A stretch of 64,000 nt of DNA from a virus: UHGV virus genome UHGV-0038498, one strand, 5' to 3'. The position numbers and the translations under genes were made by a program. Within the stretch, counting starts at the first letter, position 1; every line of letters starts with the position of its first letter. This document shows positions 7,952 through 15,702 of the stretch, in pieces. Under the pieces are notes generated by a model. It ran no database searches and was not told where the DNA came from. It saw nothing but the letters and a program-made list of their open reading frames with translations.

Positions 7952-8288
7952 AGATGATTTAGATTTAGATCTAGAAATTATCGATGAATCCCCCTCTTCG
8001 GAGGGGGAAGAAGAAAGAAAAGAACGTCTTTTTAATGAATCTCTTAAGATAATTAAATCTGCCATGGAAAATGTTATCCAGGAGATTGTCATTAAACTAG
8101 AAGACGGTTCTACACACATTGTGTATGTGACAAAATTAGATTGGGTTGATGGAAAAGTCGTAATGGACTTTGCTGTTCTTGACCAAGAAAGAAAAGCTGA
8201 GTTAGCTCCTCATGTAGAAAAATGTATTACAATGCAACTACAAGATGCATTTAATAAAAGGTCAAAGAAAAAATTTAAATTCTTTTAA
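7944..8288 (+). CDS. 40: Probable head vertex assembly chaperone gp40 (assigned by position between uvsX and 41)
   Basis: 114 aa from ATG 7944 (MNKDDLDLDLEIIDESPSSEGEEERKE...), overlapping uvsX stop; track ORF 7926..8288 starts at a GTG. Confidence 0.55.
   Translation: MNKDDLDLDLEIIDESPSSEGEEERKERLFNESLKIIKSAMENVIQEIVIKLEDGSTHIVYVTKLDWVDGKVVMDFAVLDQERKAELAPHVEKCITMQLQDAFNKRSKKKFKFF
7990..8007 (+). other. GC-rich hairpin with UUCG tetraloop inside the 5' coding region of gene 40 (CCCCCTC-TTCG-GAGGGGG)
   Basis: Perfect 7 bp stem about 40 nt downstream of uvsX stop; no T-run; encodes ...SPSSEGE... Confidence 0.4.
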
Positions 8289-8297
8289 GGAGTAAGT

Positions 8298-9725
8298 GTG
8301 GTAGAAATTATTCTTTCTCATCTCATATTTGATCAAGCTTATTTTTCAAAAGTTTGGCCATATATGGATTCAGAATATTTTGAAAGTGGTCCAGCTAAAA
8401 ATACATTCAAATTAATTAAATCTCATGTTAATGAATACCATAGCGTTCCATCTATTAATGCGTTAAATGTTGCGCTAGAAAATAGTTCATTTACTGAAAC
8501 AGAATATTCTGGTGTAAAAACACTTATTTCGAAACTAGCCGATTCTCCAGAAGACCACAGCTGGTTAGTAAAAGAAACAGAAAAATATGTTCAGCAAAGG
8601 GCGATGTTTAATGCTACGTCTAAAATAATTGAAATTCAAACCAATGCTGAGCTTCCTCCGGAAAAACGAAATAAGAAAATGCCGGATGTTGGTGCTATTC
8701 CTGACATCATGCGCCAAGCATTATCAATTTCATTTGATAGTTATGTTGGTCATGATTGGATGGATGACTACGAAGCACGTTGGCTATCTTATATGAATAA
8801 AGCTCGTAAGGTTCCATTTAAACTCAAAATTCTAAATAAAATTACTAAAGGCGGAGCTGAAACTGGAACACTGAACGTTTTAATGGCCGGTGTTAACGTT
8901 GGTAAGTCATTAGGTCTGTGTTCATTAGCAGCAGATTATTTGCAGCTCGGACATAATGTTCTTTACATTTCCATGGAAATGGCAGAAGAAGTCTGTGCTA
9001 AGCGTATTGATGCTAATATGCTTGATGTTTCTCTCGATGACATTGATGACGGGCATATTTCTTACGCTGAGTATAAAGGAAAAATGGAAAAATGGCGTGA
9101 GAAATCTACTCTCGGTCGTTTAATCGTTAAACAGTATCCTACTGGTGGAGCAGACGCTAATACATTTCGATCTCTTTTAAACGAATTAAAGCTCAAGAAG
9201 AATTTTGTTCCAACAATCATTATTGTTGACTATCTGGGTATTTGTAAATCTTGCCGCATCAGAGTTTATTCAGAAAATAGTTACACAACTGTTAAAGCCA
9301 TCGCAGAAGAATTGCGTGCTCTTGCTGTTGAAACCGAAACTGTTCTTTGGACTGCAGCGCAGGTTGGTAAGCAAGCTTGGGATTCTTCTGATGTTAACAT
9401 GAGCGATATTGCAGAATCTGCCGGTCTTCCAGCAACAGCCGATTTTATGCTTGCGGTCATTGAAACCGAGGAGTTAGCAGCTGCTGAACAACAACTAATT
9501 AAGCAAATCAAATCACGATATGGTGATAAGAATAAATGGAATAAGTTTTTGATGGGTGTTCAAAAAGGAAATCAGAAATGGGTAGAAATTGAGCAAGATT
9601 CTACTCCAACCGAAGTGAACGAAGTAGCAGGTTCACAGCAGATTCAGGCTGAACAGAATCGTTATCAAAGAAACGAATCCGCTCGAGCTCAGTTAGATGC
9701 TTTGGCAAATGAATTAAAATTTTAG
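8298..9725 (+). CDS. 41: Replicative DNA helicase gp41 (DnaB-like); GTG start
   Basis: 475 aa MVEIILSHLIFDQAYFSKVWPYMDSEYFESGPAKNTFKLIKSHV...; Walker A GVNVGKS; T4 gp41 length and sequence. Confidence 0.92.
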   Translation: MVEIILSHLIFDQAYFSKVWPYMDSEYFESGPAKNTFKLIKSHVNEYHSVPSINALNVALENSSFTETEYSGVKTLISKLADSPEDHSWLVKETEKYVQQRAMFNATSKIIEIQTNAELPPEKRNKKMPDVGAIPDIMRQALSISFDSYVGHDWMDDYEARWLSYMNKARKVPFKLKILNKITKGGAETGTLNVLMAGVNVGKSLGLCSLAADYLQLGHNVLYISMEMAEEVCAKRIDANMLDVSLDDIDDGHISYAEYKGKMEKWREKSTLGRLIVKQYPTGGADANTFRSLLNELKLKKNFVPTIIIVDYLGICKSCRIRVYSENSYTTVKAIAEELRALAVETETVLWTAAQVGKQAWDSSDVNMSDIAESAGLPATADFMLAVIETEELAAAEQQLIKQIKSRYGDKNKWNKFLMGVQKGNQKWVEIEQDSTPTEVNEVAGSQQIQAEQNRYQRNESARAQLDALANELKF

Positions 9726-9761
9726 TTTACAAGCCGACAAGACTATGGTATAGTAGTCTTG
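9722..9761 (+). promoter_or_regulatory. Early promoter (-35 GTTTAC 9725-9730, -10 TATAGT 9749-9754) with an 8 bp inverted repeat (CAAGACTA / TAGTCTTG) enclosing the -10
   Basis: GTTTAC-N18-TAnnAT geometry; perfect palindrome arms 9738-9745 and 9754-9761 immediately after gene 41 stop. Confidence 0.5.
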
Positions 9762-9783
9762 TTGGTTAAATGAGGAGATTGTT

Positions 9784-9966
9784 ATGGAATTGGTAAAGGT
9801 AGTTTTTATGGGGTGGTTTAAGAACGAAAGCATGTTTACTAAAGAAATCACAATGATGAAAGATGACGTTCAATGGACTACTAATCAATATGCTGAAGTT
9901 AATAAAGCACTAGTTAAAGCTTTCATTGATGACAAGAAAGTATGCGAAGTGGATTGCCGAGGATAA
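9784..9966 (+). CDS. dmd: Dmd, antitoxin against host RnlA/LsoA (gene 61.5)
   Basis: 60 aa MELVKVVFMGWFKNESMFTKEITMMKDDVQWTTNQYAEVNKALVKAFIDDKKVCEVDCRG; near-identical to T4 Dmd. Confidence 0.85.
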   Translation: MELVKVVFMGWFKNESMFTKEITMMKDDVQWTTNQYAEVNKALVKAFIDDKKVCEVDCRG

Positions 9967-9967
9967 T

Positions 9968-10225
9968 ATGCATATTGTTTTATTTAAACCTACACCGTAT
10001 AACGTCAGGAAAAACACTCAATTCAAAGCACTTATCGCAGATACGTGGGAATTGGTATTAGATATTCCGGCAGAAGAAAGTCCTCCATTTGGTCGAGTGG
10101 AATTTATTAAGTTTGCTGTGCGCCCTACGAAGCGACAGATTCGCCAATGCAAAAGATACTTTCGTAAAATCGTCAAGTTAGAGAAACAGTTTGTAACATG
10201 TGATTATGCAGAAGTTTTAAAATAG
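9968..10225 (+). CDS. Hypothetical protein (61.4 position)
   Basis: ATG 9968 follows dmd stop by 1 nt (MHIVLFKPTPYNVRKNTQFKALIADTWELVLDIPAEE...); the track ORF 9926..10225 is an upstream extension. Confidence 0.5.
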   Translation: MHIVLFKPTPYNVRKNTQFKALIADTWELVLDIPAEESPPFGRVEFIKFAVRPTKRQIRQCKRYFRKIVKLEKQFVTCDYAEVLK

Positions 10226-10260
10226 CTGTTTACTTTTATTGGAAATTGAGATACTATATA
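10225..10260 (+). promoter_or_regulatory. Early promoter (-35 GTTTAC 10228-10233, -10 TACTAT 10252-10257)
   Basis: GTTTAC-N18-TACTAT upstream of sp. Confidence 0.5.
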
Positions 10261-10285
10261 AACATAAATTACTGAGGAGATTATC

Positions 10286-10579
10286 ATGAAAAAATTTATC
10301 TTTGCTACAATTTTTGCTTTATCTTCTTGTGCTGCTCAGCCTGCTATGGCGGGTTATGACAAAGATTTGTGTGAATGGTCTATGACTGCAGATCAGACTG
10401 AAGTTGAAACTCAAATTGAAGCAGATATTATGAATATTGTTGAGCGTGACCGTCCTGAAATGAAAGCTGAAGTACAAAAACAGCTTAAGTCTGGTGGTGT
10501 AATGCAGTATAATTATGTTCTGTATTGCGATAAAAACTTTAATAATAAAAATATCATCGCTGAAGTGGTAGGTGAATAA
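10286..10579 (+). CDS. sp: Spackle periplasmic protein Sp (superinfection exclusion / lysozyme inhibitor; gene 61.3)
   Basis: 97 aa with cleavable signal peptide MKKFIFATIFALSSCAAQPAMA|GYDKDLCEWSM...; matches T4 Sp. Confidence 0.88.
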   Translation: MKKFIFATIFALSSCAAQPAMAGYDKDLCEWSMTADQTEVETQIEADIMNIVERDRPEMKAEVQKQLKSGGVMQYNYVLYCDKNFNNKNIIAEVVGE

Positions 10580-11205
10580 TGCTCTATCAAATGCACAAGT
10601 GCAAAGATACATACAAATATAAAGGTGCTCAGTGTTATATCATTAATCGTGAAAACGCGGGTCCAGGTCATTCGCATCAATCACGGTTTGTATTCGTTAA
10701 AAACAATGAAATTATAGCAGTTGCTAATTACATGCTTGTGACTAATGACGTTAATCCGGTGCCTTTTACATATTATAATCTAATGGATTTGGCGTACGAT
10801 TATAATTGGTTTAATCATGATACTTTGGCTCATATTGAAGGCGTAGGATTTGACATCTCTTATTCTAGTTACTCGTTGTGTCCTATGAGCAGAGCTCATA
10901 AAGAGCCTGAATATTTTTCATTTCGTCGGCGTGTAGATTTTGAACGCAGCACAGAGTATGTCGGTGGAATCTTTGTTAAAGATAATCGAATTACTCGCAT
11001 TATTTATCCTTTGGGCTGTGGTCAAAAAGATATTGATGTTGATTTAGACTTTACTGAAAACATCATTAATCATATTGCTTCTGTGTATTTTGATATTGAT
11101 CACAAAATTGTAATATGTGGATATGAATTACCGTCAGAAAAACAGTCTAAAGTAGATGTTTCTATTGATGACCAAATTTTTAATGCTTTTATGAATAGAG
11201 GTTAA
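10579..11205 (+). CDS. Hypothetical protein (61.2 position)
   Basis: 208 aa ORF with ATGA-type overlap with sp stop; conserved early-gene position. Confidence 0.6.
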   Translation: MLYQMHKCKDTYKYKGAQCYIINRENAGPGHSHQSRFVFVKNNEIIAVANYMLVTNDVNPVPFTYYNLMDLAYDYNWFNHDTLAHIEGVGFDISYSSYSLCPMSRAHKEPEYFSFRRRVDFERSTEYVGGIFVKDNRITRIIYPLGCGQKDIDVDLDFTENIINHIASVYFDIDHKIVICGYELPSEKQSKVDVSIDDQIFNAFMNRG

Positions 11206-11206
11206 T

Positions 11207-11371
11207 ATGAAAACGTTTAAAGAATTTATTAAAGAAGATATGGTAGCTGGAGATTCAGGTGGTAATCCTGAAAATATCTCTACTGGAACAACGTCAGGCG
11301 CTGTAGTAAATAAAGGTCCTGAGCAGATTCCTAAAAAGAAAAAAGAGGAATCTAAAGAAAAAGAAGAGTAA
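11207..11371 (+). CDS. Hypothetical small acidic/lysine-rich protein (61.1 position)
   Basis: 54 aa MKTFKEFIKEDMVAGDSGGNPENISTGTTSGAVVNKGPEQIPKKKKEESKEKEE; tightly packed between neighbours. Confidence 0.45.
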   Translation: MKTFKEFIKEDMVAGDSGGNPENISTGTTSGAVVNKGPEQIPKKKKEESKEKEE

Positions 11372-11373
11372 AA

Positions 11374-12402
11374 ATGCCATCAATACCTTGGATTGATAAT
11401 GAGTTTGCATACCGTGCATTAGCTCATTTACCTAAATTCGCACAAGTAAATAATAGTTCAACTTTTAAATTACGGTTTAGATGCCCTGTTTGTGGAGATT
11501 CAAAAACCGACCAAAATAAAGCCCGTGGATGGTATTATGGCGATAATAATGAAGGAAATATTCATTGTTATAACTGTAACTATCATGCACCAATCGGAAT
11601 ATATTTAAAGGAGTTTGAACCTGATTTATATCGTGAGTATATCTTTGAAATAAGAAAAGAAAAAGGTAAAAGTCGTCCAATAGAAAAACCTAAAGAACTT
11701 CCTAAACAACCTGAGAAGAAAATAATTAAATCTCTTCCGTCATGCATTAGATTAGATAAACTGGCGGAAGACCATCCAATTATAAAATATGTAAAAGCTC
11801 GTTGTATTCCAAAGGATAAATGGAAATATCTTTGGTTTACAACCGAATGGCCTAAATTAGTTAATAGTATAGCGCCAGGAACATATAAAAAGGAAATACC
11901 TGAGCCTCGTCTTGTTATTCCAATTTATAATGCTAACGGAAAAGCTGAGTCTTTTCAAGGACGTGCATTAAAGAAAGATGCTCCTCAAAAATATATCACC
12001 ATCAAAGCTTATCCTGAGGCAACAAAAATTTATGGAGTTGAACGAGTCAAAGATGGTGATGTATATGTTCTAGAAGGACCTATAGATTCACTTTTTATTG
12101 AAAATGGTATAGCTATTACGGGCGGTCAATTAGACCTAGAAATTGTTCCATTTAAAGATAGACGTGTGTGGGTTTTAGATAATGAACCTCGTCACCCTGA
12201 CACTATTAAACGAATGACTAAATTGGTTGATGCAGGAGAAAGGGTTATGTTTTGGGACAAATCTCCCTGGAAATCAAAGGATGTTAATGATATGATTAGA
12301 AAGGAAGGTGCAACCCCTGAACAAATTATGGAATATATGAAAAATAATATTGCCCAAGGGTTGATGGCTAAAATGCGGCTATCTAAATATGCTAAGATTT
12401 AA
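11374..12402 (+). CDS. 61: DNA primase gp61
   Basis: 342 aa MPSIPWIDNEFAYRALAHLPKFAQVNNSSTFKLRFRCPVCGDSKTDQNKARGWYYGDNNEGNIHCYNCNYH...; zinc ribbon CxxC..CxxC plus TOPRIM region; T4 gp61 length. Confidence 0.92.
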   Translation: MPSIPWIDNEFAYRALAHLPKFAQVNNSSTFKLRFRCPVCGDSKTDQNKARGWYYGDNNEGNIHCYNCNYHAPIGIYLKEFEPDLYREYIFEIRKEKGKSRPIEKPKELPKQPEKKIIKSLPSCIRLDKLAEDHPIIKYVKARCIPKDKWKYLWFTTEWPKLVNSIAPGTYKKEIPEPRLVIPIYNANGKAESFQGRALKKDAPQKYITIKAYPEATKIYGVERVKDGDVYVLEGPIDSLFIENGIAITGGQLDLEIVPFKDRRVWVLDNEPRHPDTIKRMTKLVDAGERVMFWDKSPWKSKDVNDMIRKEGATPEQIMEYMKNNIAQGLMAKMRLSKYAKI

Positions 12403-12599
12403 ATTAACCCAACTAAAGCAAATGCTAAATCTACGAATGTATCAAGAGTAATTACCGGAATATTAACACCATGAGCGATAGCAATTGGCGATAAAATAAA
12501 GTTCCAGAGTAAAATTCCTACCATAGCAGAAATAGTAAAAGCTATACGTTTTTTATTACCTTTTATGGCATTAACAAGTGCCATTAATTTTTGTACCAT
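12399..12599 (-). CDS. Hypothetical small membrane protein encoded antisense between genes 61 and 56
   Basis: 66 aa MVQKLMALVNAIKGNKKRIAFTISAMVGILLWNFILSPIAIAHGVNIPVITLDTFVDLAFALVGLI; minus-strand AAGGAGGA 5 nt upstream of ATG; stop overlaps primase stop. Confidence 0.55.
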   Translation of the reverse strand: MVQKLMALVNAIKGNKKRIAFTISAMVGILLWNFILSPIAIAHGVNIPVITLDTFVDLAFALVGLI

Positions 12600-12610
12600 A
12601 TATCCTCCTT

Positions 12611-12636
12611 ATTGCTTTATATATTTATTGTATAAT
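12611..12636 (+). promoter_or_regulatory. Candidate middle promoter for gene 56 (MotA-box-like ATTGCTTTA 12611-12619; extended -10 TGTATAAT 12629-12636)
   Basis: TGCTT box about 18 nt upstream of TATAAT; spacing 1-2 nt off the ideal. Confidence 0.3.
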
Positions 12637-12670
12637 TAATCTACTAACCCATGAATTGAAAGGAAAAATA

Positions 12671-13189
12671 ATGGCATACTTTAATGAATGTTCACAACTG
12701 ATCGAAGGCGCTGATAAAGCTCAAAATGAATACTGGGATATTCTCGGTGATGAAAAAGACCCGCTGCAGGTTATGCTTGATATGCAGAAATCTCTGCAGG
12801 TTCGTTTAGCTAAAGATAAACCTGAATATAACCGTCATCCTGATGATTTGGCTACTGCAGGCGAAGTTGTTGATTGGCTGCGTAATCAGAAAGATTATAT
12901 TGATGATGAATTCCGCGAACTACTGACTTCTCTTGGTGGTATGAGCAATGGCGAAAAAGATGCATCTGCTGTATGGAAGCCATGGAAAGCTCAACATGGT
13001 GAACGTCGTGAAACTCTGATTACTGATTTGTCTCCACAAGACCAGTTGGAAATTAAATTCGAAATGATTGATATTCTTCATTTCGTTCTGAACATGTTCC
13101 AAGGTCTCGGTCTTACAGCTGAAGAAATCTTTAAACTTTATTATCTAAAAAATGCCGAAAACTTCGCTCGTCAAGACCGAGGTTATTAA
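12671..13189 (+). CDS. 56: dCTPase / dCTP pyrophosphatase gp56
   Basis: 172 aa from ATG 12671 (MAYFNECSQLIEGADKAQNEYWDILGDEKDPLQVMLDMQKSLQ...EEIFKLYYLKNAENFARQDRGY); matches T4 gp56; the 203 aa track ORF is a 5' extension. Confidence 0.9.
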   Translation: MAYFNECSQLIEGADKAQNEYWDILGDEKDPLQVMLDMQKSLQVRLAKDKPEYNRHPDDLATAGEVVDWLRNQKDYIDDEFRELLTSLGGMSNGEKDASAVWKPWKAQHGERRETLITDLSPQDQLEIKFEMIDILHFVLNMFQGLGLTAEEIFKLYYLKNAENFARQDRGY

Positions 13190-13223
13190 TATAAACGACA
13201 GCTTAAAAGCTGTGAGAATTTAT

Positions 13224-13231
13224 TATAAATA
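13224..13231 (+). promoter_or_regulatory. T4 late promoter TATAAATA for soc
   Basis: Exact TATAAATA 30 nt upstream of soc ATG; soc is a late capsid gene. Confidence 0.6.
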
Positions 13232-13261
13232 GTCATGTAATTTAAATAAAAGGAGAATTAC

Positions 13262-13507
13262 ATGGCTAGTACTCGCGGTTATGTTAATATTAAAACATTT
13301 GAGCAGAAATTAGATGGAAATAAGAAAATTGAAGGAAAAGAAATTTCTGTAGCTTTCCCTCTTTATTCTGACGTTCACAAAATTTCTGGCGCTCATTATC
13401 AGACATTCCCTTCAGAAAAAGCAGCATATTCTACAGTATATGAAGAAAATCAACGTGATGCATGGATTACTGCAAACGAAGATTTGTGGAAAGTAACTGG
13501 TGAATAA
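13262..13507 (+). CDS. soc: Small outer capsid protein Soc
   Basis: 81 aa MASTRGYVNIKTFEQKLDGNKKIEGKEISVAFPLYSDVHKISGAHYQTFPSEKAAYSTVYEEN...; matches T4 Soc. Confidence 0.92.
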   Translation: MASTRGYVNIKTFEQKLDGNKKIEGKEISVAFPLYSDVHKISGAHYQTFPSEKAAYSTVYEENQRDAWITANEDLWKVTGE

Positions 13508-13513
13508 ATTCAA

Positions 13514-13538
13514 GGACTCCTTCGGGAGTCCTTTTTTC
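13514..13538 (+). terminator. Rho-independent terminator (GGACTCC-TTCG-GGAGTCC + TTTTTT)
   Basis: 7 bp perfect stem, UUCG loop, T6 run right after soc. Confidence 0.75.
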
Positions 13539-13544
13539 ATTTTA

Positions 13545-13580
13545 CCGGTTTACTTTCCAAAATGAGTATGATATAATAGA
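13545..13580 (+). promoter_or_regulatory. Early promoter (-35 GTTTAC 13548-13553, -10 TATAAT 13572-13577)
   Basis: GTTTAC-N18-TATAAT. Confidence 0.55.
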
Positions 13581-13603
13581 ATTATCTTATAGAGGAGAGC
13601 ACT

Positions 13604-13810
13604 ATGTTAAATCGCTGGATTAAACCAAATGAAGATTTAGATATTATCATTTCACGGCATGTAATGAAGAAATATGAACTACAGCCATGGTCTACAGAAG
13701 TTGTTGTGCATTCATTTATGATGTACGCAGATGGTTCTGTTGAATTTAATGCAGAGATTCGATATGATTATGGCGAGAAGCAAGTTGAATTCAAAAGAGG
13801 CTTTTTGTAA
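13604..13810 (+). CDS. Hypothetical protein
   Basis: 68 aa ORF with SD AGAGGAGAG upstream. Confidence 0.5.
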   Translation: MLNRWIKPNEDLDIIISRHVMKKYELQPWSTEVVVHSFMMYADGSVEFNAEIRYDYGEKQVEFKRGFL

Positions 13811-14148
13811 TGTTTATCTTTAATTGGTTTAAAAGTTTCTTTACGGATTTTTTCTCTACAACTCCCGGAGAAGGTGTAGTTCCTATTTCAAACGACTACC
13901 TCCCTTTAACTGTAGTTGAATATGTTTATATGGGAGATGGAACAGTAGAAGCAGTTACTATGACTTATGAAGAAGCCCAAGAATATTATAAAAATCCTTG
14001 GCGTTGGTCAACACCTACATCATCTAATACGCAGAATACACAGTCTAGTTCTGATTCATATGATACTAATGTTCCTGTTCATGTATGGACGGGCGATTCA
14101 TGTGGAAGTTCTTGTGATTCTAGTTGTTCATCTACATCTTGTGATTGA
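13810..14148 (+). CDS. Hypothetical protein with Ser/Cys-rich C-terminal tail ([17 protein letters not shown])
   Basis: 112 aa ORF, ATGA-type overlap with previous ORF. Confidence 0.5.
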   Translation: MFIFNWFKSFFTDFFSTTPGEGVVPISNDYLPLTVVEYVYMGDGTVEAVTMTYEEAQEYYKNPWRWSTPTSSNTQNTQSSSDSYDTNVPVHVWTGDSCGSSCDSSCSSTSCD

Positions 14149-14156
14149 GGAAAATT

Positions 14157-14642
14157 ATGGAAGCGATTTTGTTTGAAATGTATATCAGCAGTAATAGTTT
14201 GTCGTTTGCTAAAGACGTTCCAATTACCGTAGCAGTAATGATTGATAAGGGTTATTGTGACCCAATGTATCTCGTAGAAAATTTCGTTTCAATGCCAGTT
14301 CCAGAAGATGCTGAAATAAAACTTAAAAAGATCGGAATTATTGAAACTGTGCCAAATATTCCATTTAGAGCAATTGAAGCATTTACTAAGTCCGAATACA
14401 TTAATGTTAGCGCAGAACAATATAATGATAATCCTTTATCTTTTTATTCGTACGATTCAGTATATGACTGGAAAATAGATAAAGGAAATAAATTTATAAT
14501 TGCAAGTGAAGATGCTTTATCATACTTTATTTCTTCTGTGTGGAATAGTTTGCATCCAAATTTGCTAAAAATTCATGAATTTGACGATGCTCCTACTATT
14601 GTTTTAGGTAAAACAAATGAAAGTTCTGAAGAAGATGCTTGA
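14157..14642 (+). CDS. Hypothetical protein (161 aa)
   Basis: ATG 14157 preceded by GAGGAAAA ([36 protein letters not shown]...); track ORF starts at an upstream TTG. Confidence 0.5.
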   Translation: MEAILFEMYISSNSLSFAKDVPITVAVMIDKGYCDPMYLVENFVSMPVPEDAEIKLKKIGIIETVPNIPFRAIEAFTKSEYINVSAEQYNDNPLSFYSYDSVYDWKIDKGNKFIIASEDALSYFISSVWNSLHPNLLKIHEFDDAPTIVLGKTNESSEEDA

Positions 14643-14820
14643 ATGGTTCAATAGACCAAACTCAATGTATATTGATGATGGTTGGGTTGAACAAGCAAAT
14701 AAAGAAATGCAGAACGAATCGGAAGAATGGATGAAATCAATGATTAGTGCCGAGAAAGAAAAGAAATTAGAACGCTCAGCGCTTAAATTGATGAGAGACA
14801 TCTATGGTGATAAATCATGA
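14635..14820 (+). CDS. Hypothetical small protein; start uncertain (14617 or 14635)
   Basis: ORF overlaps the end of the preceding gene; lysine/glutamate-rich product. Confidence 0.3.
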   Translation: MLEWFNRPNSMYIDDGWVEQANKEMQNESEEWMKSMISAEKEKKLERSALKLMRDIYGDKS

Positions 14821-14981
14821 ACAAGAATATGACGTTAGAAGAGGCTAAAGCTAAAGCAAATGAAGCAATGGATTTGCTTCTTAAAATTGGCAGTAAAATG
14901 ATGGAAGAAAATGAGAAATACATTCAGGACAACAAAATTCCTGACGGTCCATTAGTAGGCAAAAGGAAATCACATGATTGA
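14817..14981 (+). CDS. Hypothetical small protein (54 aa)
   Basis: ATGA-type overlap with previous ORF; [54 protein letters not shown]. Confidence 0.35.
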   Translation: MNKNMTLEEAKAKANEAMDLLLKIGSKMMEENEKYIQDNKIPDGPLVGKRKSHD

Positions 14982-15444
14982 AGTAGCAAAACGATATTCA
15001 ATAGAATTTATGTCTAAAGAAGGTAAATCAGTAAATACACTTAATAAAAATTGCTCATTAATTATTCCTTTAGCAGAAAATCCGGATCGTTTAATTAAAG
15101 ATATAAAAGAAAGAAAATATCCAGAAAATGTTATTCTAATTATAAAGCATACTGAAGATATTTTACATAATACAGATTCACCGTTTTCTTCTTCTGAAGC
15201 TTTAACTATTAAAGGCTATAAAAGAGCTAATGAATATGGTCTTTTTGACCTGTTTGAAGACGATAAAGTTAAATTAGCTAGTCAACCTTCTAAAAGTAAA
15301 ACATTCATTATTGAAGATATTAAAGATATAAATGCATTTGTTAAGATGGTCTGGGCTCATTTTGATGTTGGACTACGCTGGAGAATGTCCGAAGAAGAAA
15401 GAAAGATTATTGAAGCTAATCGTCATTTTGGTTTTTATCGCTAG
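14974..15444 (+). CDS. Hypothetical protein
   Basis: 156 aa ORF in the operon-like array. Confidence 0.5.
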   Translation: MIEVAKRYSIEFMSKEGKSVNTLNKNCSLIIPLAENPDRLIKDIKERKYPENVILIIKHTEDILHNTDSPFSSSEALTIKGYKRANEYGLFDLFEDDKVKLASQPSKSKTFIIEDIKDINAFVKMVWAHFDVGLRWRMSEEERKIIEANRHFGFYR

Positions 15445-15452
15445 GAATTAAT

Positions 15453-15635
15453 ATGGATTTATTTGAGATGTTAGAAGATAATCATTCTACGAATATCCAG
15501 AATGATTCTAGTGATTATAAGAAAGAGTACCGTATAGTATTACAGAATTATGGAATTGAAGCCCCAGATGCTCTTCTAGAAGAACTAGCTTCATACCATC
15601 TTGACCCTCCGCCCTGGGCTCCCTGGGCAAAATAA
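15453..15635 (+). CDS. Hypothetical small protein
   Basis: 60 aa ORF, GGAATTAAT upstream. Confidence 0.4.
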   Translation: MDLFEMLEDNHSTNIQNDSSDYKKEYRIVLQNYGIEAPDALLEELASYHLDPPPWAPWAK

Positions 15636-15643
15636 TTCAAAAA

Positions 15644-15680
15644 GTTGTTTACTTTCCTTCCTAACAATGATATGATAGCT
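15644..15680 (+). promoter_or_regulatory. Early promoter (-35 GTTTAC 15647-15652, -10 TATGAT 15671-15676)
   Basis: GTTTAC-N18-TATGAT upstream of the first ADP-ribosyltransferase gene. Confidence 0.5.
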
Positions 15681-15702
15681 TCTGAAGTATACGGAGGCTA
15701 TC

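Noticed and set aside
12578-13189. 203 aa N-terminally extended version of gene 56
   Set aside because: The extension crosses the intergenic promoter region and the antisense ORF start; the T4-like N-terminus MAYFNEC... with its SD begins at 12671.
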